Shown one piece after another: positions 13,685 to 26,412 of a DNA stretch of 64,000 nt. Below the pieces are notes generated by a model, which worked only from the letters and a program-made list of their open reading frames with translations, was not told where the DNA came from and made no database searches. The stretch covers positions 114,080,001 through 114,144,000 of the forward strand of contig NC_043000.1 in the NCBI RefSeq assembly GCF_006345805.1, written 5' to 3'. Origin of the DNA: Octopus sinensis (taxonomy: Eukaryota). Positions within the stretch are counted from its first letter, which is position 1, and the number at the start of each line of letters is the position of its first letter. The position numbers and the translations under genes were made by a program.

Positions 13685-13945
13685 AACGTATGGCCTAGTA
13701 GTCAGACTGCTGCACTCACGGTTCCTAGATCGTGGGTTCTCGTTGTGTTCTTCAGTAAACCACTTAATTTCTCGTTGCTCCAGTCCACTCAGATGTGAAT
13801 GGATCACCCTATCATGGAACAGCCTTCGGATCAGGAGGAATGTTAGGCTGCTTGCCAACTCAGCGGGGTGGCATCATTCGAGGGCTAAAATAATGCGAAC
13901 CGCATTCTAGTCAGCGAGGTATAACAACATCCGAGTCGGTCTGTA
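13685..13945 (+). mobile_element. Degenerate tRNA-derived SINE
   Basis: A-box-like tggcctagtagtcag, followed by the ttgctccagtccactcag central domain shared with 22183 and 62756. Confidence 0.6.
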
Positions 13946-14299
13946 TATCTAATATTTTCAGAGATACAAGACAAAGACCAACTGTATAGACTTAAACATA
14001 CACAACTATTTCAATACATATACACTGATAAATGCATATACATCAGACAATATAAATACACAGACAACACACACGCGCTCTCGCGTGCGCACAACACCAC
14101 AACCAACTGGTCGTTATATGCTTTTAGTGGAGTCCACTGTGTTGCGGGCATTCGGGCCAGGCCTCTGGTTGAAGGACACCCCCCTCGCTCTTTTACTCCG
14201 TACATGGTAATGGGTCCCGCCTTTTCCTCTTAATTAAAAGATATAAGTAAAAAAAAAAGGATCATGGATTTATATAGTTAGTCCACATTATTCCGTAGG

Positions 14300-14510
14300 G
14301 AGTATACGGTCGGTTTCCTGGTTCCTCTGGCGAATATATTCCTCCTTGGATGAGACGCCATATATATTCATTTGTACCAGCTGGGTGAACTAGAGCGACG
14401 TGAAATGAAGAGCTTTGCACAAGAACACAACGCCCGCCCCAAGAATCGAAACCTCAATCTCACGATCATGTGTCCAGCACCCCTAACCACTAAGCCATGT
14501 CCCTTCACTT
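14300..14510 (-). mobile_element. Degenerate tRNA-derived SINE
   Basis: Reverse complement of tggcttagtggttagggg...ttcgattc...ttcttgtgcaaag...ttcacgtcgctctagttcacccagctg; related copy at 41085-41250. Confidence 0.65.
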
Positions 14511-15085
14511 GGATTTATATAATAATGGATTTATATAATATTGCAATATACCTGACACACAAAAAAATAGGGTTAATATGCAATCATGAAAATGTTATGC
14601 TCGATCGGGGCTGACCGGGAGCAAAACAGCATTAAGACCCACCCCAAACACACACACACACACCGTGTGTGTGATTTATGGTAGGGACCTTACAGATTTA
14701 TGCCTCATTCACAAACATTGTTTTACTGTTTAAGACTCCGCAATATACTGGCGTATTGTTCTCAGTGACGATTTATGTGTTTTGGTAACCAGGAAAAAAT
14801 TATAAGCTCTTTCTTGCACTTTAAAAAAAAAAAGTTTTTCACTTGTAGCACATGTCGGTCAACATACATGTTGCGACCACTTTTAAGTGTGTGTTTGTGT
14901 ATGTGTGTAGTTACATACAAATACATTCATATGTAGATACATAAAGTAAATGTGTACGGGTATGCATATACATATACGCACATACATACATATATACAAT
15001 GCTATCTCATCGATATTAACTATACGGACAACCACACGGTGCTACCAACTCACACACCTATCTTATAGTTATATCATACATCACA

Positions 15086-15424
<339 letters not shown>

Positions 15425-15513
15425 CCCTTCTCTAAAAGAAGATTCTATTAAAGCAAAACGCAAAAGCTATATCTATGTGTGTACTATACACACACACACA
15501 TATATATATACAT

Positions 15514-15633
15514 TTCTTTACTACCCACAAGGGGCTAAACATAGAGGGGACAAACAAGGACAGTCAAAGGGATTAAGTCGATAACATCGACCCCAGTGCG
15601 TAACTGGTACTTAATTTATCGACCCCGAAAGGA
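15514..15633 (-). mobile_element. 3' half of a Meta-type SINE
   Basis: Reverse complement of the 3' part of 19329-19565. Confidence 0.85.
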
Positions 15634-15635
15634 TA

Positions 15636-15919
15636 CGTCACTAAAGCGACTCCGGGCGTTATTCAGCACCAGTATTGCTAGAAATAAAAGTCAAAGAACA
15701 ACCCATAGCCACAATAACGCACCGTCTTATCTACTGAAAAGGAAGGCAAGCTCCCTATGCACCGGGCATTGCCAGGTCATCAGCGATTTCGCATTTGCAT
15801 TAATGGTCATCAATGGTTCTCACCGGCGCCTTGGGTTAAACTCAACTCACCTTCTCAGCTTATAAGATCACCGTAGAAATCATACTGGCTGAATAGCACC
15901 CTTAGTCGCTTTAATGACG
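15636..15919. mobile_element. MITE with ~32-bp imperfect TIRs and TA flanks
   Basis: ta|cgtcactaaagcgactccgggcgttattcagc ... gctgaatagcacccttagtcgctttaatgacg|ta. Confidence 0.7.
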
Positions 15920-16046
15920 TATATATTTTTGCCCTTCGACTGAAAAATTGATAACAAGCCACCCTTTTATTTATAATTCACAGAGAGAGAAAGAGAGAGA
16001 GATACATAAATACATATACAGTACGTATACAACATACATACATATA

Positions 16047-16405
16047 CAGGCGTGGCTGTGTGGTAAGAAGCTTGCTTCTCAACCACATGGTTCCGAGTTC
16101 AGTCCCATTGCGTAGCACCCTCGGCAAGTGTCTTCTACTACAGCTTGGACCGATCAAAGCCTTGTGAGTGGATTTGGTAGATGGAAACTGAAAGAAGCCT
16201 GTCGTGTGTGTGTGTGTGTGTTTGTCTGTTTGTCCCCCGATGTTAGTGTGTTTACGTCCCTGAAAGCTAGCAGTTCGGCAAAAGGGGCCGATAAAATATG
16301 TACTAGGCTTACAAAGAATAAGTCCCGGGGTCGATTTGTTCGACTAAAGACGGAGCTCCAGCATGGCCGTAGTAATCAAATGACTGAAACAAGAAAAAGA
16401 ATAAA
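16047..16405 (+). mobile_element. tRNA-derived SINE with internal (GT)n
   Basis: A box tggctgtgtggtaag, B box gagttcagtccc. Fragments of the same family at ~11850, 27230, 35720, 36890-37050, 42185-42305 and 60620-61290. Confidence 0.8.
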
Positions 16406-16634
16406 AGAACACACACACACACACACACACACATATTCACATGTATGTTTGTATGTATGTGTATGCTTGTATGCATATACGCATGTCTGTCTGTATGTAT
16501 GTATGTATATATGTATGTATGTATATAAATATAAAGGGCAAGCAACAGGTTGCTTAGCCACATACCGAAAGATTAGAAATAACAGTCAAAGATCGCTTAT
16601 TGCTATTTTCCACATATACAACCTGTTGCCTGCC

Positions 16635-16702
<68 letters not shown>

Positions 16703-16797
16703 ACTTATTTAAAAAGTTCCTACCGATAAAGGTTATGTTTCCATACCGAAATCTACCCGGAAATAATTGTTGATTTTAAAATTATTTACCCTCATAT

Positions 16798-17240
16798 TAT
16801 GTATGTATGTATGTATGTATGTATGTATGTATGTATGTATGTATGTATGTATGTATGTATGTATGTATGTGTGTGTGTATGTGTGTATTATGTATTTATG
16901 TATGTGTGTATGTATGTATTTATGTATGTGTGTATGTATGTATGTGTGTGTATGTATGTATGTATGTATGTATGTATGTATGTATGTATGTATGTATGTA
17001 TGTATGTATGTATGTATGTATGTGTGGGTGTGGGTGTGTACGTACGTATGTATGTGTGTACGTACGTATGTATGTGTGTACGTATGTATGTATGTATGTA
17101 TGTATGTATGTATGTATGTATGTATGTATGTATGTATGTATGTACGTACGTACGTATGTATGTACATACGTACGTATGTACGTATGTATGTATGTACGTA
17201 CGTATGTATGCATGTATGTATGTATGTATGTACGTACGTA
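16798..17240. repeat. (ATGT)n/(ACGT)n microsatellite 5' of the RTE element
   Basis: Directly visible. Confidence 0.97.
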
Positions 17241-18542
17241 CGCATGTTTGCTGCAAAAACAAAAATATTTACCTCTGTCATAAGAGACCTTTTGTATGCT
17301 GATGATTGTGAGCAAGTAGCACACACAGAAATTGATATGCAACACATTTTGAATGCATTCTCTGATGCTTGCACTGCCTTCGGATTGACAGTCAATCTCA
17401 AGAAAACTGTTGTCATGCATCAACCTGCCCCTGGTAAGCAGTATAGTGTACCAAATATCTATGTGAATGGTAAATGACTTGATGTAGTCGATAAGTTTGT
17501 CTACCTGGGAAGCACTATTAATAGATATTGCAATGTGGATGATGAAGTTCCATATAGAATTAGGAAAGCAAGTGTTGCTTTCGGTAGGCTAGAAAAGCAC
17601 CTCTGGAGTCGGCGAGACATATGCAGAAAGACAAAGATAAAGGTGTACAAGGCATGTGTGCTCCCTTCTCTTCTCTATGCCTGCGAGACGTGGGTCACAT
17701 ATCGATACCACCTTAAACATCTGGAACGTTTCCATCAGATGTGCCTCAGACGGATCTATAGCATTAAGTGGAAGGACCGCATCAGTGATCTTGAAATACT
17801 CGAAGGCTCTCGGTGTGTAAGTATAGAAGCTCTTGTGTTAAAGCAAAGGCTCAGATGGAGTGGTCATCTGGTCAAAATGAAGGATTCAAGGATGCCAAAA
17901 CAACTCTTTTATGGAGAGTTAGCTAAAGGAGAACGACCTCCACATAAACCAAAAAAGAGGTATAAGGACTTGCTGAAGGCTTCCTTAAGAGATGCTTGCA
18001 TCTCTCCTGACACATGGGAAGGCATAGCTATTGATCGTAGCAGGTGGAGAAGGATTGTGCATGAGGGGAAAGCCACGTTTGAGAAATCTCGAGTTGCACA
18101 TGAGAAAGTAAGGAGGGATGTCAGGAAGGGCATCGCTGTTACACTTCCAGAAGGGAAGGGTCTTCCTTTGATTCTGACATGCAATGTCTGTGCAAGACCC
18201 TGCCTCAGTAAAGCTGGACTCATGAGTCATCTTCGTAGTCATAAAACGAGACAGATGAGTGACAACCTGGCCACTGGTGGTGGTGTAACACACCATACTA
18301 ATCATATCTGTCGGGCATGTGGAAGAGAGTGTAATTCGGCAGGAGGACTTAAACGACATGCAAATGTACATGAAGCCCAGTTACAACTACAGCCGGCTAT
18401 TACCAGTAAAGGTTTTAGTTGCCAATTTTGTACAAGACATTGTAGATCTTTAGCTGGGCTAAAAAGTCACATTCGATCACAGCACCAGTAACAGTTAAGC
18501 TTCGTGCAATGGCCATACTCGATAACGAGGGGGTAGCCATAA
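17241..18542 (+). mobile_element. 5'-truncated RTE-clade LINE: RT C-half plus three C2H2 zinc fingers
   Basis: One reading frame 17241-18491 with a single TGA at 17475: IRDLLYADDC...FGLTVNLKKTVVM...GK*LDVVDKFVYLGST...RIRKASVAFGRL...LLYACETW...RLRWSGHLVKM...RMPKQLFYGEL. Then CxxC-12-HxxxH twice and CxxC-12-HxxxxH once. Confidence 0.93.
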
Positions 18543-18913
18543 TGTATGTATGTATGTATGTATGTATGTATGTATGTATGTATGTATGTACGCATGTATG
18601 TACGTACGTATGTATTTATGTATGTACGTACGTATGTATGTACGTACGTATGTATGTATGCATGTATGTATGCATGTATGTATGTATGTACGTACGTACG
18701 TACGTACGTATGTATGTATGTATGTATGTATGTACGTACGTACGCATGTATGTACGTACGTATGTACGTACATACGTATGTACGTATTTTGTACGTACGT
18801 ACGTACGTACGTATGTATGTATGTATGTATGTATGTATGTATGTATGTATGTATGTATGTATGTATGTATGTATGTATGTATGTATGTATGTATGTATGC
18901 ATGCATGCATGCA
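18543..18913. repeat. (GTAT)n/(GTAC)n microsatellite forming the RTE 3' tail
   Basis: Begins directly after the 51-nt 3' UTR. Confidence 0.95.
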
Positions 18914-19269
18914 TTAGAAATAAATTGATTAAATTCACAAATTTGCAACTAAGCGTTTTATTCAGAGTTTAATTGTATGCATATGTTGATTCAGACAATA
19001 TTTGGTGAATGAAGTGGAGTATTGACAGATCACAGGCCAGGCTGAATGTAAATTTTGGCTCCATTGAAACAATAATTCCTACCCATAGACAACTGAAAAA
19101 TATTCATCACTAATAAGATTATTGTCAGCCATTTCTGCCTTGATGATATTACTTCCGAGATCACATTGCACAGAAGCATATTTAAACGGCCCAACCCAAC
19201 AGCCTGCAAATAATGGCAGAAATCCCTCAATCTGGCTGCTCGAAGAATCTTGACTCAAATGAGCATTTG

Positions 19270-19860
19270 TGACATCTGACAGTATCGAAAGGACCTATAT
19301 AGGACTCACCGCTAATATATTCAAAAATAAGGCGGCGAGCTGGCAGAAACGTTAGCACGCCGGGCGAAATGTCTAGCGTTATTTCGTCTGCCGTTACGTT
19401 CTGAGTTCAAATTCCGCCGAGGTCGACTTTGCCTTTCATCCTTTCGGGGGTCGATAAATTAAGTACCAGTTACGCACTGGGTTCGATGTAATCGGTTTAA
19501 TCTGTTTGTCTGTCCTTGTTTGTCCCCTCTGTGTTTAGCCCCTTGTGGGCAGTAAAGAAATAAAAAATATATTCAAAAATCGATAATATATCTGCACTCA
19601 TTCAAGCTAAAGGACACAAAAAAGTCTACTCTCTTGATTTAATTTGTTTGGAACCTAAGAGACACCAGTTCGAAACGCATTTCATAGCATTTCATGCATT
19701 TCATGCATTGATGCATCTTCGACAAAACTATTCCGCTTTGCAATGGAATCCGTAACTTTCGGTGATATTAATTTATAAGTTGCATTTTATTACTGATAAG
19801 TGATATCTCTCAGTCAGAGACCGGAGATACTATCTAGCTATCACCATCAGAGACAATCCC
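19270..19860 (+). mobile_element. Highly degenerate PLE GIY-YIG remnant interrupted by a SINE
   Basis: ERTYIGLTANIFKN | SINE | R...SFKLKDTKKST...FVWNLRD. Confidence 0.6.
19329..19565 (+). mobile_element. Full-length young tRNA-derived SINE (Meta-like central domain) with a 15-bp TSD
   Basis: A box agctggcagaaacg, B box gagttcaaattcc, core gcctttcatcctttcggggtcgataaattaagtaccag. TSD aatatattcaaaaat at 19314-19328 and 19566-19580. Confidence 0.92.
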
Positions 19861-20496
19861 TTCTGCATAGCTTTCTTACACGTCAAAACCCATGACCTAT
19901 TAACATCGATGTAATACAGACCGGAGAGTAGCTTCCCTTTGATGGTCACAAATCTAGATTGAGTTCTCTCCCTTGCACTACTGTTCTCTACACAGCTACA
20001 ACCTTTTCCCCAGGGTTATTACGTATTCAATCACCTGATCGCATTTGATCGATGAGTACCAGCCTAGCGAATGCATTGGATCCATTCATTAAATATTGTT
20101 GAACGAGCGCAAATGCACGCCTGTGTGTGCGATGAACTCAGCAGCAACAATTGGTGTAAACTCTACACTGAATATTCTGTACTTTTATCTTCCATTTACA
20201 AAAAAAAAAAAAATCGTGCGTGCGTGTATGTGTTTGTGTATATGTGTCTGTGTATGCGTGTGTATGTAAGCACGCGCGCACGTGTGTGAACACGAGTATG
20301 TATTTACGTGTATATTTATTGTTAGGGATATTATTTTGATGGAAGGACTCACTGCTGGCTACACAGTCAAGTACACGTGTGTGTGTATGTGCATCAGTGT
20401 GTGCGTATATGTGTGTATATAATGCGTAAATTTATATGTAATGTATACATAAACAATGTATATATGGTATGTAATGCTTACATAAATGTGTGTCGA

Positions 20497-20756
20497 TAAT
20501 CCTTTCTACTGGGGGCACAAGGCCTCAAATTTGGGGGAAGAGATCAAGTCGATTACATCGATCCCGGTGCGAAACTAGTACTTACTTAATCGATCCCGAG
20601 AGGATGAAAGGCAAATCGACCCCGGCGAAACTTGAACTCAGAACGTAGCGGCAGACGAAATACCTATTTCTTTACTACCCACAAGGGGCTAAACACAGAG
20701 GGGACAAACAACGACAGACAAACGGATTAAGTCGATTATATCGACCCCAGTGCGTG
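20497..20756 (-). mobile_element. Tandem dimer of Meta-type SINE bodies
   Basis: Reverse complement contains the junction aaagaaatag|gtatttcgtctgccgctacg. Confidence 0.85.
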
Positions 20757-21055
20757 ATTTCCCACGTTCGAATTGTTAAAGTGGTTATTTTATTTAGCAA
20801 AACACCATCGCTTGTTTTAGCCGAAAATATAAAATAGTTAATACAAAATAGCCGTTTCTCAGCATCGTACATATTTCTAGTGTCAACAAAAATAGTTGTG
20901 GACTATTTTTGATGTTTCTACTGTTGTAGACATTTACATATAAAACACTTGACGTTCGTAGAAAAATCATAACTGATTTCGAACTAAAACAAACAGACAC
21001 ACAGATAGATTATCTCTCTGCCATTCTCCTTTCGTAAGATTTATAACATCATAGA
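20757..21055 (-). mobile_element. Possible non-autonomous Helitron-like fragment
   Basis: Minus strand starts a|tctatgatgttataaatc followed by a short tctgtgtgtctgtttg microsatellite, resembling Helitron 5' ends; the fragment truncates the adjacent SINE. Confidence 0.3.
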
Positions 21056-21242
21056 TAATCGTCGTATATTCAATGTATGTATAATAGTTGGTTATAATAG
21101 AGAGGATAATAGTTGGTTAGGTCTTGGCAAATTTCTTCATGGCAGTTACTATGATAACAATAAGCAGGTAAACACCTGTTTTTCCGTGTGACAGAATTGT
21201 TAGAGCCAGAAAAAATGCTTTGCGGTATTTTTCTGGTCTTTG

Positions 21243-21965
21243 AAGGCAGCGAGCTGGCAGAAACGTTAGCACGCCGGGCGAAATGCGTAGCCGTATTTCG
21301 TCTGCCGTTACGTTCTGACTTCAAATTCCACCGAGGTCGACTTTGCCATTCATCCTTTCGGGGTCGATTAAATAAGTACCAGTTACGCACTGGGTTCGAT
21401 GTAATCGACTTAATCCGTTTGTCTCCTTGTGGGTAGTAAAGAAATAGGTATTTCGTCTACCGCTATGTTCTGAGTTCAAATTCCGCTGAAGTCGACTTTG
21501 CCTTTCATCCTTTCGGAGTCGATTAAATAAGTACCAGTTACGCACTGGGGACGATATAATCGACAATCCGTTTGTCTGTCCTTATTTGTCCTCTCTGTGT
21601 TTGGCCCCTTGTGGGTAGTAAAGAAATAGGTATTTCGTTTGTCTTTACGTTCTGAGTTCAAATTCCGCCGAGGTCGACTTAGCCTTTCATCCTTTCGGGG
21701 TCGATTAAATAAGTACCACTTGCGCACTAGGGTCGATATAATTGACTTAATTCGTTTGTCTGTCCTTATTTGTCCCCTTGTGGGTAGTAAAGAAATAGGT
21801 ATTTTTCCGGTCTTTTACGCTCTAAGATCGAATCCTGCAGTGGCCACCTTTGCTTTTCATCCCTCGGGGTTGATGACATAAAGTGCAAGTCAATCAATCG
21901 GGTCGATATAATCGATGACCTCGTTCACCCTGAAACTACTGGCCTTCTACCAAAGTTTGAAACCT
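21243..21965 (+). mobile_element. Head-to-tail array of four Meta-type SINE units
   Basis: Full head at 21243; units restart at 21448, 21630 and 21799, each at gtattt after aaagaaatag. Confidence 0.9.
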
Positions 21966-22182
21966 TATTGTTTTGAAAAGTTTTTCTTCGATTCTTCCAT
22001 GCGAGTTTCTTTTCCACCAGCTGATGGTGCACCTCCATATTCCTCAGATGTATACAACATTGTGTTCTTCCATTTTTGCAGGGATTGGAGAGTACTGGTG
22101 TCGGTGTAACTGATTAGTCCCCTCTTCACCAAATTTCGGGCCTTGTGCCTTTAGTAGAAAGGGTTATTATATCTGACAATGG

Positions 22183-22480
22183 TGGAGGCGCGTGGCTTAG
22201 TGGTTAGGGTATTCGGCTGGCGATAATAAGGTCGTGAGTTCGATTCTGGGCTGCGAGTCGTGTCCTGGAACAAGACACTTTATTTTACATTGCTCTACTC
22301 AGCTGGCAAAAATGAATTGTACTTGTAATTCAAAAGGCCAGCCTTGTCACACACTGTGTCATGCTGAATCTCCCTGGGAATTGCGTTAAGGGCACCTGTG
22401 TCTGTGGAGGACGCAGCCAATTGCACGTTAATATCACGAGTAGTGTATTTCGTAAATACAGTTTGAATAATACCGGATGG
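22183..22480 (+). mobile_element. tRNA-derived SINE
   Basis: ggaggcgcgtggcttagtggttaggg (A box), gagttcgattc (B box), caagacactttatttt central domain. Confidence 0.8.
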
Positions 22481-22899
22481 TCGTAGTTAGAAGGTCTTTG
22501 ATCGTGATTCAACTGGAACAGGACTGACTTACGTTTGAAAGACAATAAATACATCTGAAAACCTCAAAAAATATTTTAAAGAAAAACAGAAAGCAGGAAT
22601 TTTTATATTCATTTATTTAATTATTTTAATTACAGTTTTAATTGTCAAGATATAATTAGGGAGCAGAAAATGGTGAAGTCGTTAAGAGTTTCTTTTATTT
22701 ATTGTTTGTTTTCGCTTTATAATTATAATTTATATTGGGGAGGAAAAAAATAATACCCCAACCCCTATCCCCCAAACCCATTTTCTTAACGAATTGATCA
22801 GTTCCTCAGTCTGTCACTGTTTGAAGGGCTCAGCAAGAGATTTTCCAATATCCGTTCCCCATCCTTAACATTTTAAATGGGTGACCCCTACTGAACAGG

Positions 22900-25340
22900 T
22901 GTAGGGCTACAGTTTACCCCCAATGGAAAAGAGGACACTTTGTAAATATCTCTCCTATTCTGTAAGTCCTCTCAATATGAAGTTTATCAGTGACCCTTTT
23001 TAAGGTCTTATAATGAAGACATATTGAAAAGACTAACAACAACAACAAAAAAAAAACAAAAACAAAAAAAACAAAAAGGTCACCAAAGCACAAAGCTGGA
23101 TCTTGTAGAAGACACTGAAATAATGTGTTTTTGTTTTATATTTTACAAGTTAGTCAGGAAAGAGCAGAAGGTATGAAGCCTGTGCCCCTGAAAGGCATTC
23201 TTTTTCCCAGACAGGTCAAGATCAGATTGATGTGGTTGATGTCCAGCTTAAACAAAAATGTAGGCAGGAAGGGAACCAGTGACCTGGTCCAAATGTGTGC
23301 AACAGAATGAATTCTGACACAGAAAGCAAGGACCAAGTCCTGGTTATTTGACTGGGTGCAGTCTTAAACCAGCCACCCAAGTTAGATCAAAGCGAATGGA
23401 TAATAAATGCTACAATTTATCTTCGGTCGAAGAGGTGAGTAGGGTCAGAGATGTGTTTATGGAACAGAATGGTAATAATGAATCAGAAACAGTGTGTGTG
23501 TGAGGGGTGGGGATCCTGGGTTAGCAAAAGACTCTAGAAAATGTGAGAGAAATGAATTGATGCAAACTTACATCATGTCAAGATTACTGATCTTTAAAAC
23601 CTGTTGGAATCTAAAAAAGTTTGAGGTATTGAAGATGATCCATTCTGGATACAGTTTGAGGTACTTAACAGAGAGAGTTGGTCCATCCATAACAGAAGTA
23701 CTGGACTGATATTTAGTGCAGTTTAAAAGTATTTAATAGGTTTAGGCTATATAACAGGGCTTACAGCTTTATCGACTGTGAAAGGGACCCTAAGCTATGA
23801 CAGAATTGATTTCGACAAGTCATTGTCTCTATTATGAAATAAGGAGACATTTCAGATAAGGATATCTTGTTTCTATAGTGTCTGGGGAGAGTCATTTTCT
23901 TTTTGTGCCTTATTATGTAACACACTCACCAGTAAAATTTCCACTTTTTACTTATTTTTATTTTCCTAAAATTTTCGTTGCGTCTTGCAACCTTTTCAAT
24001 AGTTTTGACTCAAAGCTATTAGAGTCAAAACTATTGAAAAGATTGCAAGACGCAACGAAAATTTTAGAATAATAAAAAAGTAGAAATTTTACCATTGTGT
24101 GTGTGTTACATAATAAAGAACAAAAAGAAATGACTCTCCCCAGACACAATAGAATATGCTTTAACACACAAACTCATAGAAAGAATCTTGCAAACCAAAT
24201 CCAAAAACGAGATATCTTGTTTATTAAGGTTGATGATATTCACACAGTAATGTCTGTTGACCCTAAATACATAGCCAGACTGTTGAAGCAGTGAATGGGG
24301 ACCAGGAGTACAAGAAGTTGTTAAATGGGGATTCCTGAGAAGAGGAATCTGTTGGGGCAGTGAATGAGGTTGAAGAACACAGCTGTGAAACTTCAACATC
24401 TTCCTCCACATCTGGTCCCAAATAACAGCTTCAACAGCTTTCCATATTGCTACTCCCTCGTTCCATCCCTCAATCGAGATTTTCTTCCTTTATCACTCTC
24501 TTTCTCAAGGGAGAAAAGCAGAGGATGTTTGGGGCTCACACCACCACAAGATGCTACTTAGGAAACTGAACCAAAAATTTGTGAACAAGTGGAACAATAT
24601 TGCTCCTAATTTGAAAAGTTGGATATCAATCAACCGATTCCACTGCCTGAATGATGCGGTCTGGGACCGTGAGTAAGAATTAATTCTCAAGAATGAGCAG
24701 AATGGTAAATTTCGAAAATCATTGTAGGTGAGGAGAAATGGAGAGAAGGGTGAGTAACAGGAGGAGGAAGAGGGAGAAGACCAACCTACTCCAAGAAATA
24801 GAATACACAAGAGAGAAAGGAGACAGTATGTGGCCCGTGGGCCAGCCAGAGGTTGGAGTGTGGAAGTTATTTGATAGCAATCAGTTGTGGGACCCTTTAC
24901 TAAAAGAATCTTATCACATCTGCCAGTGTCAAGTTATAGAAGATTCTAGAATATGGTATGGAATCATTTTAAGTATGGCAGTAGGGATCAGCCTGATATC
25001 AGTTTAATATAAAACTGAATATCAATTTAAATACCTGTCCAAACCAAACGAGTGAATAAAGATCAAAGCTAAGTACTCTTGTACAGATAACTCCACCTTC
25101 CTGGGGACATTACAATTTAACTTCAAAGTCAAGCTCCAGTGACCAGCACTGGCATTAGATGTTGAACAGAAGTAAAACCACATAATACAGGTAAGGTAGG
25201 GCCTCACAAGACAGGTGAGATTAATGTGGTTCATATATTTAGAGTTTGATGTCAGTAGGTAGAGTGTGACCAAGAAAGGATTGTCAGGGGGGAGTCCATT
25301 TCCAGAGAGGAAGGATTGGAGAGAAACCTTATGGGTAATG
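22900..25340 (-). mobile_element. Possible very old LINE (EN/RT) remnant
   Basis: Weak, broken minus-strand resemblance to LDL.LT (25270), NISPV...RPISL...K..E.II...FLDSN (23600-23720), in the expected order. Confidence 0.35.
23873..24210 (+). mobile_element. Short foldback PLE-type insertion with a 12-bp TSD
   Basis: Arms 23877-24011 and 24022-24150; TSD gatatcttgttt at 23861-23872 and 24211-24222. Same family at 60867-61108. Confidence 0.75.
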
Positions 25341-25729
25341 TCTATTCACTTATTTTGTAACAGCAGCAGCAGTAGTAGTAGTAGTAAAAAACAATGATCC
25401 CCTCAAGGTGAGTCTTAAGCTGGAAAAGGTGTGTACGGTAGGTTGAGGGAACCTATAAGTCTATCGATGGTGCAGAGCTGATTTGGCACAATAACAGAGC
25501 ACACACTTACACACACACACACACTGATAAATGCTACTCAACTGAGTTCAATGCTAACAGGTAGGATTTGAAATTCAAGTTAGATTAAGATGGGCTTATA
25601 ATTCTACTAATTCCTCTGGTCAATAAAACAAAAACCAATTTACTTTACAGAAAGGTAGATTCAATAAATGCTGTCACCAACCCACTCATGGCAAAATAAT
25701 AATAATAATAATTATTATTATTATTATCA

Positions 25730-25930
25730 TTGGTACATGGCCTGAAATTTCATGGGTGGATGCTAAGCAATTATATTGATCCCAGGGCTCAGTCGGTACA
25801 TATTTTTTTGACCCTGAAAAGATACAGGCAAAGCTGACCGTAGCAGAATTTGAACTGAGAGCATAAAGATTGACAAAGTGCTTAACAGCATTTTGTCCGG
25901 CATGCTAACGATTCTGCCAGTTCGCTGCCT
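25730..25930 (-). mobile_element. Diverged Meta-type SINE
   Basis: Similar to the reverse complement of 19329. Further diverged copies at 29945-30085, 33640-33845, 34233-34450, 54455-54570, 61405-61620 (minus) and 50090-50305, 63095-63300 (plus). Confidence 0.8.
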
Positions 25931-26015
25931 TATTTAAGAATAATAATAATGATGATAATATCTATGGCACCTCTTCCTACAAGAATGAGTAGGACTACCT
26001 GTAACAACAACAACA

Positions 26016-26412
26016 GTGGAGGCACAATGGCCCAGTGGTTAGGGTAGCGGACTAGCGGTTTTGATTCCTAGACCGAGCGTTGTGTGTGTTTATTGAGCAA
26101 AAACACCTAAAGCTCCAGGAGGCTCCGGCAGGAGGTGGTGGTGACCACCGTTGTACTCTTTTGCTCCAACTTTCTCTCACTCTGTCTTCCTGTTTCTTGT
26201 CCCCAACTTTCTGCGCAACCGTTGAGCCTGGATGCACATTCATCCATCCGTCGATGCTCTCGGTGTCGGGGGTTGACCTGCTGTCTCTTCTGCGGGTCTT
26301 ACGAATAGCAAAGGACCACGTTTCAGACTTCTACAGACTATCCTGAGGCGCGATCTTGCGAGCTCTGGGACGAAGACGGCTTCGCTCAACAAACAAACAA
26401 ACAACAACAACA
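26016..26412 (+). mobile_element. tRNA-derived SINE with (AAAC/AAC)n tail
   Basis: ggaggcacaatggcccagtggttaggg head, degenerate B box ggttttgattcc; CpG-rich body; (AAC)n on both flanks. Confidence 0.7.

Noticed and set aside
17535-18491. Host C2H2 zinc-finger gene
   Set aside because: The fingers are fused in frame to an RTE reverse transcriptase and lack TGEKP linkers.
20030-20170. Further hammerhead remnants (gatgag...cgaa)
   Set aside because: Core and stems too degenerate to support a call.
21243-21965. CRISPR-like or tRNA gene array
   Set aside because: Units are SINE bodies without unique spacers; the tRNA-like heads lack complete cloverleaves.
26240-26390. Possible HDV-like ribozyme in the SINE 3' part (gacctgc/gcgggtc hairpin followed by acgaat)
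   Set aside because: Could not assign P1/P2/P3 consistently by eye.
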